A stretch of DNA of 64,000 nucleotides from Octopus vulgaris (taxonomy: Eukaryota). Numbering within the stretch: the stretch's first letter is position 1; every line of letters begins with the position of its first letter. A program made the position numbers and the translations under genes. Shown here in pieces: positions 1 to 12,172 of this stretch. Under the pieces are notes generated by a model, which was not told where the DNA came from, searched no databases, and worked only from the letters and a program-made list of their open reading frames with translations. The stretch is taken from the NCBI GenBank assembly GCA_951406725.2, contig OX597816.1, forward strand, positions 176,328,001 to 176,392,000, in the 5' to 3' direction.

Positions 1-503
1 TATGTAATGGCTAGGGTAAAATCACCCAAATATATTTATATATACAGGACAAGTTGAGTGTATAATTTGTCCTGTCATTTTGTTCATACCTTCAGGACAT
101 GACACTAGTAACATAGAAAAATATTTATCCTTATATGTTTTGAGAACTCAAAGTGCTGTGGTGTCATGACGTTCTCTGAGAATCTCTATTTCCTGATGCC
201 ATACATATATCCACTGAATCTTTTGTTTAATTTTTCTGTTGTACAGCCATCATGATTCAAGTTGTTTCTGGTGCATTCAACTGTGTAAACTAAATGGGAA
301 TTGTTACATGTTTCACCCTCTGTTTAAATCATAACATTTCTATTATAAAGTGGTCTTTTGTTACTGTTGTCGCTCTGACAGATATTGCTATATTCTAAAG
401 TTATCGATAGGATGTCTCTATCAGACACTGTAAGACCCCCAGTCATACAGTGTTGTTAACCTCAAAGGGTTGGATCATTATAACGCCCACTTGGATTTGT
501 AGT

Positions 504-892
504 GGAAGCACTCCGTCGATTACGACAACGAGGGTTCCGGTTGATCCGATCAACGGGACAGCCTGCTCGTGAAATTAACGTGTAAGTGGCTGAGCACTCC
601 ACAGACACATGTACCCTTAACGTAGTTCTCGGGGATATTCAGCATGACACAGAGAGTAACAAGGCCGGCCCTTTGAAATACAGGTACAACAGAAACAGGA
701 AGTAAGAGTGAGAGAAAGTTGGGGTGAAAGAGTACAGCAGGGATCACCACCACCACCCCCTGCCGGTGCCTCGTGGAGCTTTTTTAGGTGTTTTTGCTCA
801 ATAAACACTCACAACGCCCGGTCTGGGAATCGAAACCGCGATCCTACGACCGCGAGTCCGCTGCCCTAACCACTGGGCCATTGCGCCTCCAC
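504..892 (-). mobile_element. tRNA-derived SINE, family B body 1, inserted in the LTR
   Basis: Minus-strand head GTGGAGGCGCAATGGCCCAGTGGTTAGGGCAGCGGACTCGCG...GGTTTCGATTCCC (A/B-box-like). 12-bp TSD tggatttgtagt at 492-503 and 893-904. Confidence 0.9.
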
Positions 893-2548
893 TGGATTTG
901 TAGTATAATTACTAGATCAGTACAGATACGACTATCAACAGTCTGCACATACTCTCTCGATACCGGCCAACGTCACCTTACTTATAGTAACTGCCTCATG
1001 CTCATCCCATGGGGCGTACCATTATTACTAATTCCCTACATCTCCCTTTTAAAGTTTTTCTTAGGAAGTGTCATTTTATTTCACAATAATATTTTTATTC
1101 ACCCCACTTCCTTTTTTTGAGCTCTTTTTTCGAACAATTTAATATTTTTTTCTCTTGGTATCTATTTTCAGGAATTCTGTTTTCTTTTCCTTTCACTTGT
1201 ATGCCTAGGTTCAATCCCCTGCAGTGGCATTGGTACTTGGAACATATTGTACAGCCATTCCATCAGTCCCTCCAACTTCTTTGGTTCGCTTTCCATGAAT
1301 CTCTTTTTCACTTGGTTCCCGTGTCTCTTTTCTATACCTTTTCTATTTTTTACCCTATGCATCATTTTACCTATGTATTTGATAATTTTGCCTTCTTCCC
1401 AGTTCTGCTTTCCATTTTTGTATGTCCTCATATACACCCTCTCACCAACTTTAAAAAATCTTGCTATGTCTTCCCTGGCGCTTTTTCTTTTCTTGGCAGG
1501 TAGCAATTTATCAAAAACTGATTTTACTTTCCTTGCAAGCATCAGCTCCACTAATGAGCTAACTGCTGATGTATTCGGATTTGGTGTTACATGGTACACT
1601 CTAAAAATTCTTGAAGAGCTACCTCATCCATGCTTTCTTTATTTGCTTTTCTTAAAACTCTTTTGAAGGTATCAACAAAGCATTCTGCTTGCCCATTAGA
1701 TCTGAGATGGTATGGTACTGTAGTTATATGTTCTACTGTGAACAGTTCACAAAATTTTAAAAATTCACTTGACACAAATTACATTCTATTGTCCTCAATT
1801 ATGTGTCCTATGTATTTTTTTTTTCTTTCAGTAAGAAATTACACTTTTCCTCCACACAAAAGGGAATCTGCTTAAATTTAATATAAACCATGGTGTGTGT
1901 TAATTTTTTAACAAATGTATGCATGTGGGACTAAAAAGTGTTCACCTTTGTTGAAAAATCTTCACAAACTCTTTGTTTGTCATCCTTCTTTTTCATGTAA
2001 ACTGTTGTTGCTACCTAATCTGCGTGGTCATTCTTTTCAGTTATACCAAAACTTTCCAGTCTTTCCAGTTCTTTGTTAACCTGGTCTATTGCTGCAAATG
2101 ATTAATTTTTTTTTGGCCTACATGCAGGTGTTCCACTTTGTTTTACTGTAATTTTTTGTTTCAGTCCCTCAGCTGCATTTGAACCTTCGACTGTAGCAAC
2201 TATATTTTTACAGAAAACACTTCTGGGCTTATTCCATAAATTGAATAGTTCTATCCACTCTGTGCCTAAATTAAGTGAATGTTTTAATACATATACCGTA
2301 GCTTTTTCTGTTTGACTTTGAAATGTTACGTTATTCACCAATAAGATATAATCTTTCTCGTAACACCGTGTGTTACCTTTTTAGAATTAATTAATTTCAT
2401 CTTACCACCATGTTTCCACACTTTTCCGTTTATAAGTCATGCCACTACCTGTGTCGAACTTCAGTTTTACACTTGTATTTTTAATTTTCACATGTACGAA
2501 TTTTCTGTTCATTATATTACCCACCCTTTTTTTTTTTTTTTATGACAA

Positions 2549-2954
2549 ACTCTTTTACTATTTTACTTGTTTCAGTCATTTGACTGTGGCCATGCTGGAG
2601 CACCGCCTTTAATCGAGCAACTCGACCCCAGGACTTATTCTTTTGTAAGCCCAGTACTTATTCTATCGGTCTATTTTGCCGAACCGCTAAGTAACGGGGA
2701 CATAAACACACCAGCATCGGTTGTCAAGCCATGCTAGGAGGACAAACACAGACACACAAACACACACATGCATATATATATACATATATACGACAGGCTT
2801 CTTTCAGTTTCCGTCTACCAAATCCACTCACAAGGCTTTGGTTGGCCCGAGGCTATAGCAGAAGACACTTGCCCAAGGTGCCACGCAGTGGGATTGAACC
2901 CGGAACCATGTGGTTGGTAAACAAGCTACTTACCACACAGCCACTCCTGCACCT
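2549..2954 (-). mobile_element. tRNA-derived SINE family A (head AGGCGCAGGAGTGGCTGTGTGGTAAG, internal TA/CA microsatellite, (AAAGAGTA)n tail)
   Basis: Near-identical to more than ten other copies in the window; nested in the Gypsy element. Confidence 0.9.
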
Positions 2955-4593
2955 ATATATTTTTCCCCTTTGTTCTGACATTTTGTCATTTTCATTCTAC
3001 AGCGCATCTTAATATATCCTTTATACCACAACGAAAACACTTAGCTTTTTTAAATGGACAATTCTTCCTCAAATGCATTCCACCAAATGCAAAACATGAG
3101 TTTATATCCTGATGTTTGTCATGCTTTTTAGACAATCTCCATTCAGATTCTTCTGCACTAGTTTTACTTTGCATTCAATTTCCTCTGTGTTGTGTCTTAA
3201 TTTAGATATTCTTCACATTCTTCAGACACTTTCTACAGGGTTACCTCCTGGTTTTGCTCCAGCTTTGCAAGAATTCTAGTTCTGACTTCTGCATCCTTTT
3301 CAGTAGTTAGTCCCTGTGTAAAAATCAGACATTTGAACTTATCTGGAGTTAATTTATCTGGCTTAAATTTCTTGCATTCCTTGTTTATTCTACCATCAAA
3401 TGTGATAAAGTCTTCGTTGTTGTTTTTCTCTACGTTCAGACACTTCTAACATGTGTTGAACAATGAGCTTTTTTCACTGAAAATTTTACACAATATATCC
3501 ATTGTGTCATTAAAGTTTATGTCTGAAGGTTTTCTTGGGTGTACATAATTACTGTATTGTTCATGTTCTATTGGCACCAGTTTTCTCAAGATGAACCAAG
3601 TTTTCATCACATCATCCCAATGTTAACATTCTTTCTCAGAGATTTGCTCATATCTTCTGCTCAATGCTTTGAAGGTAACTCCTTCATTAGATTCGTATTT
3701 GAATTCAGCTTTTGAATTTGTGACATAGTCTGGTGAGGACACTTTTTCTGGCTTTCCTGATGACTGCAGTAATTGCAGCATTTGTTGCTGTAATATTAAT
3801 TGTTGTTGTTATTTATGTTGTTGCTGTTGTTGCTGTTTTTGCAACTCAAGCAAACCAACCAATAAATCTTCCATCATTTTCTGATTTTTCATAAAATTTA
3901 TGACAACAAAAACTGATGGGAGCTTGTTAACTCCTCTACAAGTTTCTTTTAACTCCATGTGAATTGGTTAATCCTCAAGTTTATCAATTTCTTGTGAGTT
4001 GTTTAAATCCTCTTCAAGTTTCTATTAACTCCATGTGAATAGATTTATCCTTGTCACTGCTATCATAAAGTGGTCTTTTGCCTTTGTTGTATCTATCTTT
4101 GTATGACCATTGTTGCTCTGTTCTAAACTGAAATCGTCGATGGGATGTTTCCATCTGGCACCGTATCACCACCAGTTGTACAGTGTTGTTATCCTCAAAG
4201 GTTTGCATCATTATAACACCCACTTGGTATTGTATATTTACTAGATCAGTACAGACATGACTATCAACACAATCTACCCATACCATCTTGATATTGGCCA
4301 ACGTCACACTACTTATAGTGACTGCTTCATTCCACTCATCATGTGGGAGGGGTTTACCATTATTACTAACTCTCTACAACAATTTCTGTTATAATTTGTG
4401 ATGGAGTTGACCTGACTTGTGCTGTTGCACAATGAACAGGGCTGACATCTCTTGTGACTGCTTTTAGGGGCACAACATTCAGAAACTCCAGCGGAGTTTT
4501 ATTATGCTTGGATGTACTGGTTAGTAGTTCTCGGATATTTTTGATGCATCTAAAGACTACAGTAGGTGAACGAGGAAATATTTGTTTGATATG

Positions 4594-4987
4594 ACTCTTT
4601 TACTCTTTTACATGTTTCAGTCATTTGACTGCGGCCATGCTGGAGCACCGCCTTCAGTCGAGCAAATCGACCCTGGGACTTATTCTTTGTAAGCCCAGTA
4701 CTTATTCTATCGGTCTCTTTTGCCGAACCGCTAAGTGACGGGGACGTAAACACACACCAGCATCGGTTGTCAAGCAATGCTAGGGGGACAAACACAGACA
4801 CACAAACACATACACACACATACGTATATATACATATATACGACAGGCTTCTTTCAGTTTCCATCTACCAAATCCACTCACAAGGCTTTGGTCGGCCCGA
4901 GGCTATAGTAGAAGACACTTGCCCAAGGTGCCACGCAGTGGGACTGAACCTGGAACCATGTGGTTGGTAAACCACACAGCCACTCCT
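4594..4987 (-). mobile_element. SINE family A copy
   Basis: Same sequence as 2549-2954, with a small deletion in the head. Confidence 0.9.
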
Positions 4988-5358
4988 ACTGTTTAATTTT
5001 ATCAAAAGTTGTAGGAATAGAATTCAAGCTTGTAAAGTGTACTGTTTTGATAATGAAACAGAGGAGATTTGAAGGAAACCAGGGAATTGAAATGTGAAAT
5101 GGGCAAATAATGAAATCAGTTGAGAACAGACTGGCATAAATATTTGGGAATACTGGAGGTAGATGAAATATAAGATGAAGAGATGAAGTAAATTACAAGT
5201 AGGGAGTAGATAAGGAGAGTGAGGAAAATATTACAGTCATTGTTGAATTCAAGCAATGTTGTTGTGGGGATTAATTCAAAAGCCAGTTATCAGAAACTGA
5301 GCTGGAATTGTGGATTGGACAAAAGGTGAAAGGCAGAAACTTGACAGAAAAACTAGAC

Positions 5359-5522
5359 AGGCGCAGGAGTGGCTGTGTGGTAAGTAGCTTGCTAACCAAC
5401 CACATGGTTGCGGGTTCAGTCCCACTGCATGGCATCTTGGGCAAGTGTCTTCTGCTATAGCCCCGGGCCGACCAATGCCTTGTGAGTGGATTTGGTAGAC
5501 GGAAACTGAAAGAAGCCTGTCG

Positions 5523-5564
<42 letters not shown>

Positions 5565-5785
5565 TTGTGTGTCTGTGTTTGTCCCCCTAGCATTGCTTGA
5601 CAACCGATGCTGGTGTGTTTACGTCCCCGTCACTTAGCGGTTCGGCAAAAGAGACCGATAGAATAAGTACTGGGTTTACAAAGAATAAGTCCCGGGATCG
5701 ATTCGCTCGACTAAAGGTGGTGCTCCAGTATGGCCGCAGTCAAATGACTAAAACAAGTAAAAGAGTAAAAGAGAGAGTAAAGAGT
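5359..5785 (+). mobile_element. SINE family A copy
   Basis: Full head-to-tail copy, inverted relative to 4594-4987. Confidence 0.9.
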
Positions 5786-5959
5786 TGTTGACTATGTATG
5801 GAGCCCACCATCTGAAAGCTGATGTCAAAATATTGTACTTGGGGACCAGGGTGGAAGGGGCTTGACTGGAGTGGAAGGGAGGGTGTGTGTAAATGGAATG
5901 AAACAGCTTACTAGATTGTTTACTAAAGGCAGTGAATAAAGAACAGGGGATCAAGACTG

Positions 5960-6760
5960 GAAAAGGAGAAAAACAGAATTCAAAGAAAATCTGTTAAATA
6001 GATTGGAGAGAAAATCTGATATGGTCAGTTTTGGAAAACCAGTGAGAAGGTATATATAACAAAATCCTGAACTAGGTTGAAAAAGGGACAGTTGAATAAA
6101 GAGGGAGCTTCTATTATAGCAGCACAAGATCAAATGCTGCAAACAGCTTGAAAAAATATATATATGGGGAGGGGTGTGGGCAAAATGTAGGGCATGTGGA
6201 ATTTGGAACAAAACAATGGCACACTTTGTTGCTTAATGTCCCAAATTGGCCCAGGGGAAAATATAGAAATGGGGATACAATCAAGTTGTAAAAGTTTACA
6301 CTCCAAAATGCAGTTGTCAGAAACTTACAAGATTTTGTGGGATTTTCCCATTCACATGGATAAGATAGAATATAACAAGCCAGATATTAATAGACAAGGA
6401 ATATTGAATTTACTTACTGATTGATCCGTTGTGTCCATTTAATACTAGGATTGTGAAGCAAGCCGACGAAAAGTCGAATAGATAGGACCCTTAAAATTTG
6501 AGATTGCAAGGATTTGGAACATGAAATCTGTAAAGATTATACTTGTGAGTAATGAACTAGACAATTGGATATAGGGGATTGGAATAGTTTCCCATAAGAG
6601 CTTCTACAGAAAGCTTGCCTCTTAGGAACAGAGGAGATCATCAGAAGGGTTTTGAGCACTTGGTGGCTTATTGATATCATTTGGATATCTAAGATTACAG
6701 GGAGTAACCTGCTACCTACATCAACTCTACAAAAATAAGACTGATTCTTAGTCAAGATGA
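5960..6760 (+). mobile_element. 3' remnant of a restriction-like-endonuclease non-LTR retrotransposon (R4/HERO/NeSL group)
   Basis: ILWDFPIHMDKIEYNKPDI in ORF 6194-6424 and terminal LQKACLLGT..IIRRVL at ~6604-6655, typical of the RLE C-terminus; heavily decayed. Confidence 0.65.
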
Positions 6761-6769
6761 TGATGATGA

Positions 6770-7475
6770 TCGTGATTTCAAATGTTGGCACAAAGCCAGT
6801 AATTTTATAGAATTAGGTAAGTCAAGTACATTGACTTCAGTGTTCAGCTGGTACTTATTTTTTGACCCCAAAAGGATGAAAGGTGAAGTCAACCTTGATA
6901 GAATTTGAACTCCAAATGTAAAGACTCATATAAAATGTCACTAAGCACTTTGTCCTATCTGCTAACATTTCTGTCAGCTTACTTACTGACTTAATTATAA
7001 TGATAATTCCTAATTTTATTCCAAGACCAGTAATTTTAGAGGAAATGGGGTTAGTTGATTACATTGACACCTATACTTGATTGGTACTTTATTTTATTGA
7101 CCCTCAAAAGAATGAAAGGCAAAGTTGACCTCAGCATGGTTTGAACACAGAATGTAAAGATTGGAGAGAAATAGCAGAATTTTAATGATTTCAAATTTTG
7201 GCACATGGCCAGCAATTTTGGGGGAGGGTATAGGTCAAATACATCGACCCCAGTGCTCAACAGGTACTCATTGAAAGGATGAAAGGCAAAGTCCACCTTG
7301 GCAGAATTTGAGCTTAGAATGTAACGATGAATGAAATACTGCTAAGCATTTTGCCTAGCATGATAACGATTCTGCCAGCTTGTCACCTTAAATATTGGTT
7401 TCAAATTTTGGCTCAAGGCTAACAAGTTTTGGGGAGGGTGTAAGTCAATTACTCCAAACTCAGTGCTCAACTGTC
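6770..7475 (-). repeat. Head-to-tail cluster of 3-4 decayed family D (Meta-domain-like) SINE copies
   Basis: Repeated reverse complement of ...gactttgcctttcatcctt..gggtcgataaattaagtaccag... at ~6850-6910, ~7080-7140 and ~7260-7320, plus a partial copy at ~7400-7470. Confidence 0.7.
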
Positions 7476-7559
7476 ATCTATTTATAATAATTATAATAAT
7501 AATAATAATAATATGATTCCTCCTTAGCAAAAGGGGCTGATTCCTCCTTAGCTCAGATA

Positions 7560-7930
7560 ACACAAATATAAATAATGTAATATCTGTTGTCATAGGTGCC
7601 CTAGGAAAGAAACAAAAGGGGCTGATTCCTCCTTAGCTCAGATAACAGAAAACCCCAAAATGGCAGAAATTCAAAAGATAGTGCCCGTGAGAATTGACCA
7701 TATCCTACGTAAAATACTGTCTATGTAATTTCGAATTTTAAAGCAAACATAATTTTCTTGTTTTCTTACACATTCTCTAGAACCATACTATGTACAAAAC
7801 CAAATATATATGACACCCTAGGCATACCACCAACAGGAACTTCTAACTTGTTTTCTCTTGAGGTCTCTGGGTGAGACTTGGAGTTAACTCGTACAAATAC
7901 AAAGCAAACGTCAAACATATAATAATGATG
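7560..7930 (+). mobile_element. 3' remnant of an RLE-type non-LTR retrotransposon
   Basis: Translates to ..VISVVIGALG.. and ..AEIQKIVP..HILRKILSM*, followed by a 3' UTR and an (AAT)n tail. Confidence 0.55.
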
Positions 7931-8120
7931 ATAATAATAACAACACTTTTAGTGTTAGTAATTGATTATGACTTGCTGACTGAACAAACGAGCCTTCTCT
8001 ATGCATCGACAAACTATGATATTAACAGTGAGAGAATTAAATCTCAAGACCACATATCCACAAAGAAATGGTTTGAAAAGCAAATTGAACACATTGTTTA
8101 AATAAGGGGATTTTTAAAAC

Positions 8121-8516
8121 TTAAACCTTGTGTATAATACGCACCCCTTCTCTACCTTGAGTCAAGGAGGTCTATTTAACATCCTTGGTTTGTAAAACTG
8201 TATATGGTAACGTCCTTTATTATTAATATTATTGTATATATAACAATGCAAACATGTAGCTTTCTTGTGCATTTTGTTTGCAGAAAATAAAGAAATAACA
8301 GTAACAATGTTTAATAAATGTTGCTAACTGCAAGTTATGGCTGATTTAAGGTATTTTCGCACCCGACATCACAAAATGCATCAGAATAAACATTGCCAGA
8401 TAGCAAATAGAGGCTCGGGCATAGCTTAGAAAATAATTTTCATTTTTAACCTCGTATATAGTACGTACTAGGGATTTTGGGGAAAAAATGCGGATTATAC
8501 TTGAGGATTTACAGTA
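8121..8516. mobile_element. Possible pogo/Tc-like MITE
   Basis: Imperfect terminal inverted match: left taaaccttgtgtataatacgca versus the reverse complement of right tgcggattatacttgaggatttacagta. Confidence 0.4.
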
Positions 8517-8671
8517 ACTATTGAGCTATAAGGGCAATATGAATAATATAGACTAAATAATAACCCATATTTCATCTGTCATTTTTACATTGCACTTGTA
8601 TTTCAATTGTTTAGTTGTTTGCTTTTCAATGTTACCTTTGTTCTTAGCTTAAGTTTAGTGCTGCATAGATG

Positions 8672-9023
8672 TGGTGGAAGCACTCCGTCGGTTATGACGA
8701 CGAGGGTTCCGGTTGATCCGAATCAACGGAACAGCCTGCTCGTGAAATTAATGTGTAAGTGGCTAAGCACTCCACAGACACGTGTACCCTTAACGTAGTT
8801 CTCATGGATATTCAGCGTGACACAGAGAGTGACAAGGCTGGCCCTTTGAAATACAGGTACAACAGAAACAGGAAGTAAGAGTGAGAGAAAGTTGTGGTGA
8901 ATGAGTACAGCAGGGATCACCACCATCCCCTGCCAGAGCCTCGTGGAGCTTTTAGGTGTTTTCGCTCAATAAACACTCACAACGCCCGGTCTGGGAATCG
9001 AAACCGCGATCCTATGACCGCGG
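8672..9023 (-). mobile_element. SINE family B body 1, 5'-truncated
   Basis: Same sequence as 504-892 but lacking the first ~35 nt of the head. Confidence 0.88.
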
Positions 9024-9332
9024 ATTGCACATAAATTTTAATGGCAAAATCTTAATGGACCCCAGTTACAAAGCACTGCTGTTAATTTTGAGATTGTGTT
9101 AAGAATGTAGCTCATCATTAGCTCATGTGTCTCTTTTTTGTAATGCAGAAATAGTGAGCTAGATTATATCAATAGCCAGACTATGTCAGTTTCTTACTGG
9201 GATTGGCTCAACCTAGTAAACTATTATACACAATGAAATACGAAGCAGTAATACTTCGAACTGAACAGACTAAAAATGTTATCTAATCTTTTTGCAAAAT
9301 AAGACCTCAATTGTAGAAATAAAACAAGCATA

Positions 9333-9706
9333 TCTTTATATATAAAATTGAAGTTGTGTGTCTGTCTCCTACGATTTAGATTCCTAACTACTCCCACATT
9401 TTGCGGTGCAGGTTAACCAAAACCGGGTATCTTATAGTCGTGATTCATATCGAGCCCTTCTGGGTATTAGCGCGCGTCTACGATGAGTCTACGATTTAAA
9501 AAATAATTTACCATCATTTTTTTCCATTTAATGCATTTTTTCGCTATTATATAAGGGAAGTAACTCTCTAAAAATGTCTACGATGAGTCAACGATTTAAA
9601 AAAAAAATTACCATTTTTTTTTGCTATTTTTTGGCTATAACTCTCTAAAAATGCTTATATAGTTATTTCCCTTACAAACCCGCGCAACGCCGGGCGATAC
9701 TGCTAG
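9333..9706 (+). mobile_element. Non-autonomous Helitron
   Basis: Starts A|TCTTTATATATAAA, has a subterminal hairpin CCCG-cgcaacgc-CGGG (9679-9694), ends CTAG|T, and has no TSD. A second copy lies inverted at 39461-39855. Confidence 0.85.
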
Positions 9707-9767
9707 TTTTTCATAAAAGCTAATTTATATTTCATTCTTTTCAGAACTTTTGAATACTGAAGTGAAT

Positions 9768-9920
9768 ATGACGGGGAAACAAGGTTTTTGCTGGTGCTTT
9801 GGTGGCAGTCGACCTCCTGAGATTACAATTGAATTTGGTCATACACTCAAACCAATGACACTGGATATACCAATGCCAACTGATGAAAATGAATTGAATG
9901 AGAAATTTGAAAAATTAGTT
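9768..9920 (+). CDS. DAAM: DAAM-like formin, coding exon 1 (MTGKQGFCWCFGGSRPPEIT...NEKFEKLV)
   Basis: Acceptor ttcttttcag ends at 9744; ATG at 9768; donor GTGAGT at 9921 (phase 0). The peptide resembles the DAAM N-terminus as I recall it (Cys-rich motif, PEI, PMP..EL...F..LV). The frame is also open upstream of the ATG, so the true start is not certain. Confidence 0.88.
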
Positions 9921-10703
9921 GTGAGTTTAGGAATTTTGATTAATTTGTATTGTGATTTATTATGTGTTCCTGTGCATTTACGTATGCATGCGAGTTTATT
10001 TCATTGCCTAGTTTCCTTCAAAGACAAATTCCAGTGTTACATTCTGATAAATGTGTCTTATATGCATTGAGTTCAACTGATAGATAATCTAGTAATTTGC
10101 ACAATTCTTCTATATTAAAATTTTGCTTTATACTCATTGAATGTGGGACAGTCTTGAGATGTAACTCAGAGGAGAGGAAGCAATAACACAGAAAGGAGAG
10201 TGGATCAGTGGAAAGGTATGATATTGTGAATGAGGATGGATGCTAAAGGAAGTGACTTCAGGGAGAGAGGCAGTAGAAAGGGGAGCGATATGTGCAACTT
10301 CTGTTGTCGGGTGTGTATATATATATCTTGGCCACATTAAGCACTTAAATATGTATGACCTCTCAAGAATCAAAGTTCAACTAACCATTCCTTCATTCTT
10401 CTACTGAGACCACTTTCACCTTTACTTACTATTTGCTTTCCAACCTCCCTTGGTCAGCTTATTTAAAAACCTTAACCTGTCACACAAGTTCCTCACTTAA
10501 CACTCCTTATTGACAGCACTAGAGATGGCAGGGATTGATCTCCAGGCTAGTGATATAAACAGGAGTGCATTTTGCACCAAAAGCCAATGTGAGAGTTTCT
10601 CTCTTGGTCTCTACCGCAGTGTATAGTTTGTTCTAACAGAACATCCATGTTTAAGTGTGGATAAATATTACCTCTTGGTAATAATAGAGCCTCTGTTGCT
10701 AAT

Positions 10704-10898
10704 ACTCTTTACTCGTTTCAGTCATTTGACTGCGGCCATGCTGGAGCACCGCCTTCAGTCGAGCAAATCGACCCCGGGACTTATTCTTTGTAAGCCCAGT
10801 ACTTATTCTATCGGTCTCTTTTGCCGAACTGCTAAGTTACGGGGACGTAAACACACCAGCATCGGTTGTCAAGCAATGCTAGGGAGACAGACACACAA

Positions 10899-10933
<35 letters not shown>

Positions 10934-10940
10934 CATATAT
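10704..10940 (-). mobile_element. SINE family A, 3' half only
   Basis: Tail and body up to the internal microsatellite; head absent. Confidence 0.85.
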
Positions 10941-11304
10941 ACTCTTGAAAGCCCCAACAAAAATAGAACAAAATTGAAATCAAACAAGAAAAAAATTCAT
11001 TGACAGAAATTAAACAACTTGCCTTTTAAGAATCAGTAATCTAAACTATTAATGTCTGAAAATTACAACCTGTAGATGATGTCCCCCTCTATGTATGCAT
11101 TCTGCCACTCCAGCATTGAAGTTCCCCATTGCTCAGTGCAACATCTCAGTTGGTATATCACGAATTTCATCTTCAATTCTTTTGTTTCACTCCATCCAGT
11201 GTCCTTGGTCAAGCTGTGTAGACCCAACTCTAAAGGTAGCCCCACAAGAAAACATTACAAATGGACAAATCCAAACAAATCTTGCGCAGCTGCCATTGAT
11301 TACC

Positions 11305-11432
11305 TTGTAGTGTGCAATGTTGCACCATCCTATTGTAGTGTGCAATGTTGCACCATCCTATTGTAGTGTGCAATGTTGCACCATCCTATTGTAGTGTGCA
11401 ATGTTGCACCATCCTATTGTAGTGTGCAATGT
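11305..11432. repeat. 28-bp minisatellite (ttgtagtgtgcaatgttgcaccatccta), four full units plus a partial
   Basis: Direct tandem units with no spacers; each contains the palindrome GTGCAA-tg-TTGCAC. Confidence 0.92.
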
Positions 11433-11739
11433 CATACCATCACGTGAAGTTGTGGAAAATTATTCAATGCAGGTGCAACAAAAGATTGCAGCATCTCAAT
11501 ATTTCGATCACCTTGCTGCTGTGTAAAAGGTGTTCATGAGGTTCTTTAGAGTTACTGTCTACAGGATGTAATTTTTAGACATTAACAATTTGGATTACTG
11601 ATTTTCAATTTCTGTTTAATTTCTGTTTTTTGCTGGATTTGGATTTTTCCTATTTTTATGGGTTTTTCAAAAGTTCATGTTTTTTTAGGTCACAAAGCTA
11701 CACTCCTCAATATTACTCCCCTTTCTTGCTGGTGTCACT

Positions 11740-11970
11740 TCAAAAGCACTGGTGCCTGATAAAAACTGTTCTCTTGGGGACAGCTAGGATTTTGAGACTG
11801 ATGCTTAGGTGTTGAGTATCTTCCACAATACTTCCAAGTACCAAATCTTATAATTTGTGGAAAGAGACTCTGTGAGACCTCTGGCAGCAGGTTGTTGTCC
11901 ATGCTCACAGACTCAACCAGAGTATGTAAGACTGAAACCTGAGAAGTGAAATATGATGACGATGATAATA
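11740..11970 (+). mobile_element. Short 3' tail of an RLE-type non-LTR retrotransposon
   Basis: KTVLLGTARILR..* C-terminus (end of ORF 11630-11815), then a 3' UTR and a (GAT/AAT)n tail. Confidence 0.55.
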
Positions 11971-12172
11971 ATCCTTTCTACTTTAGACACAAGGCCAGCA
12001 ATTTTGGGGGAGGGGGCAAGTCAATTACATCAACCCTAGTGCTCAATTGTTACTTATTTTATTGACCCTGAAAGGATGAAAGGTGGAATTTGAACTCAGA
12101 ACATACAGACAGATGAAATGCCACTAAGCATTTCACCTGGCATGCTAACGATTCTACCAGCTTGCCACCTTA
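11971..12172 (-). mobile_element. SINE family D (Meta-domain-like), decayed
   Basis: Reverse complement of the family seen intact at 35399-35632. Confidence 0.75.

Larger units (their letters stand above)
343..4378 (-). mobile_element. Degenerate Gypsy-type LTR retrotransposon with both LTRs (about 343-1040 and 4063-4378)
   Basis: Two diverged direct repeats (ataaagtggtcttttg...attattactaa..ctctaca) begin TGTAG on the minus strand, with a purine tract AAAAGGGAGA just 5' of the 3' LTR. Minus-strand remnants: Gln-rich gag start (~3874), CCHC-like knuckle (ORF 2992-3174), protease VKLKFDTGSG (~2441-2470), RT scraps and integrase PYHLRSNGQAE (ORF 1587-1775). Many stops and frameshifts. Confidence 0.85.

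Noticed and set aside
3775-3875. Host polyglutamine gene on the minus strand
   Set aside because: Lies just inside the 5' LTR at the start of the decayed Gypsy gag and contains stops.
9921-10070. C-terminal parts of ORFs 9750-10070, 44797-45015, 56344-56532, 58076-58423 and 61592-61822 as protein
   Set aside because: DAAM similarity stops at canonical GT donors; the remainder is intron read-through.
11305-11432. CRISPR-like array (28-bp palindromic repeat)
   Set aside because: Units are directly adjacent with no spacers, there are no cas genes, and the context is a eukaryotic intron.
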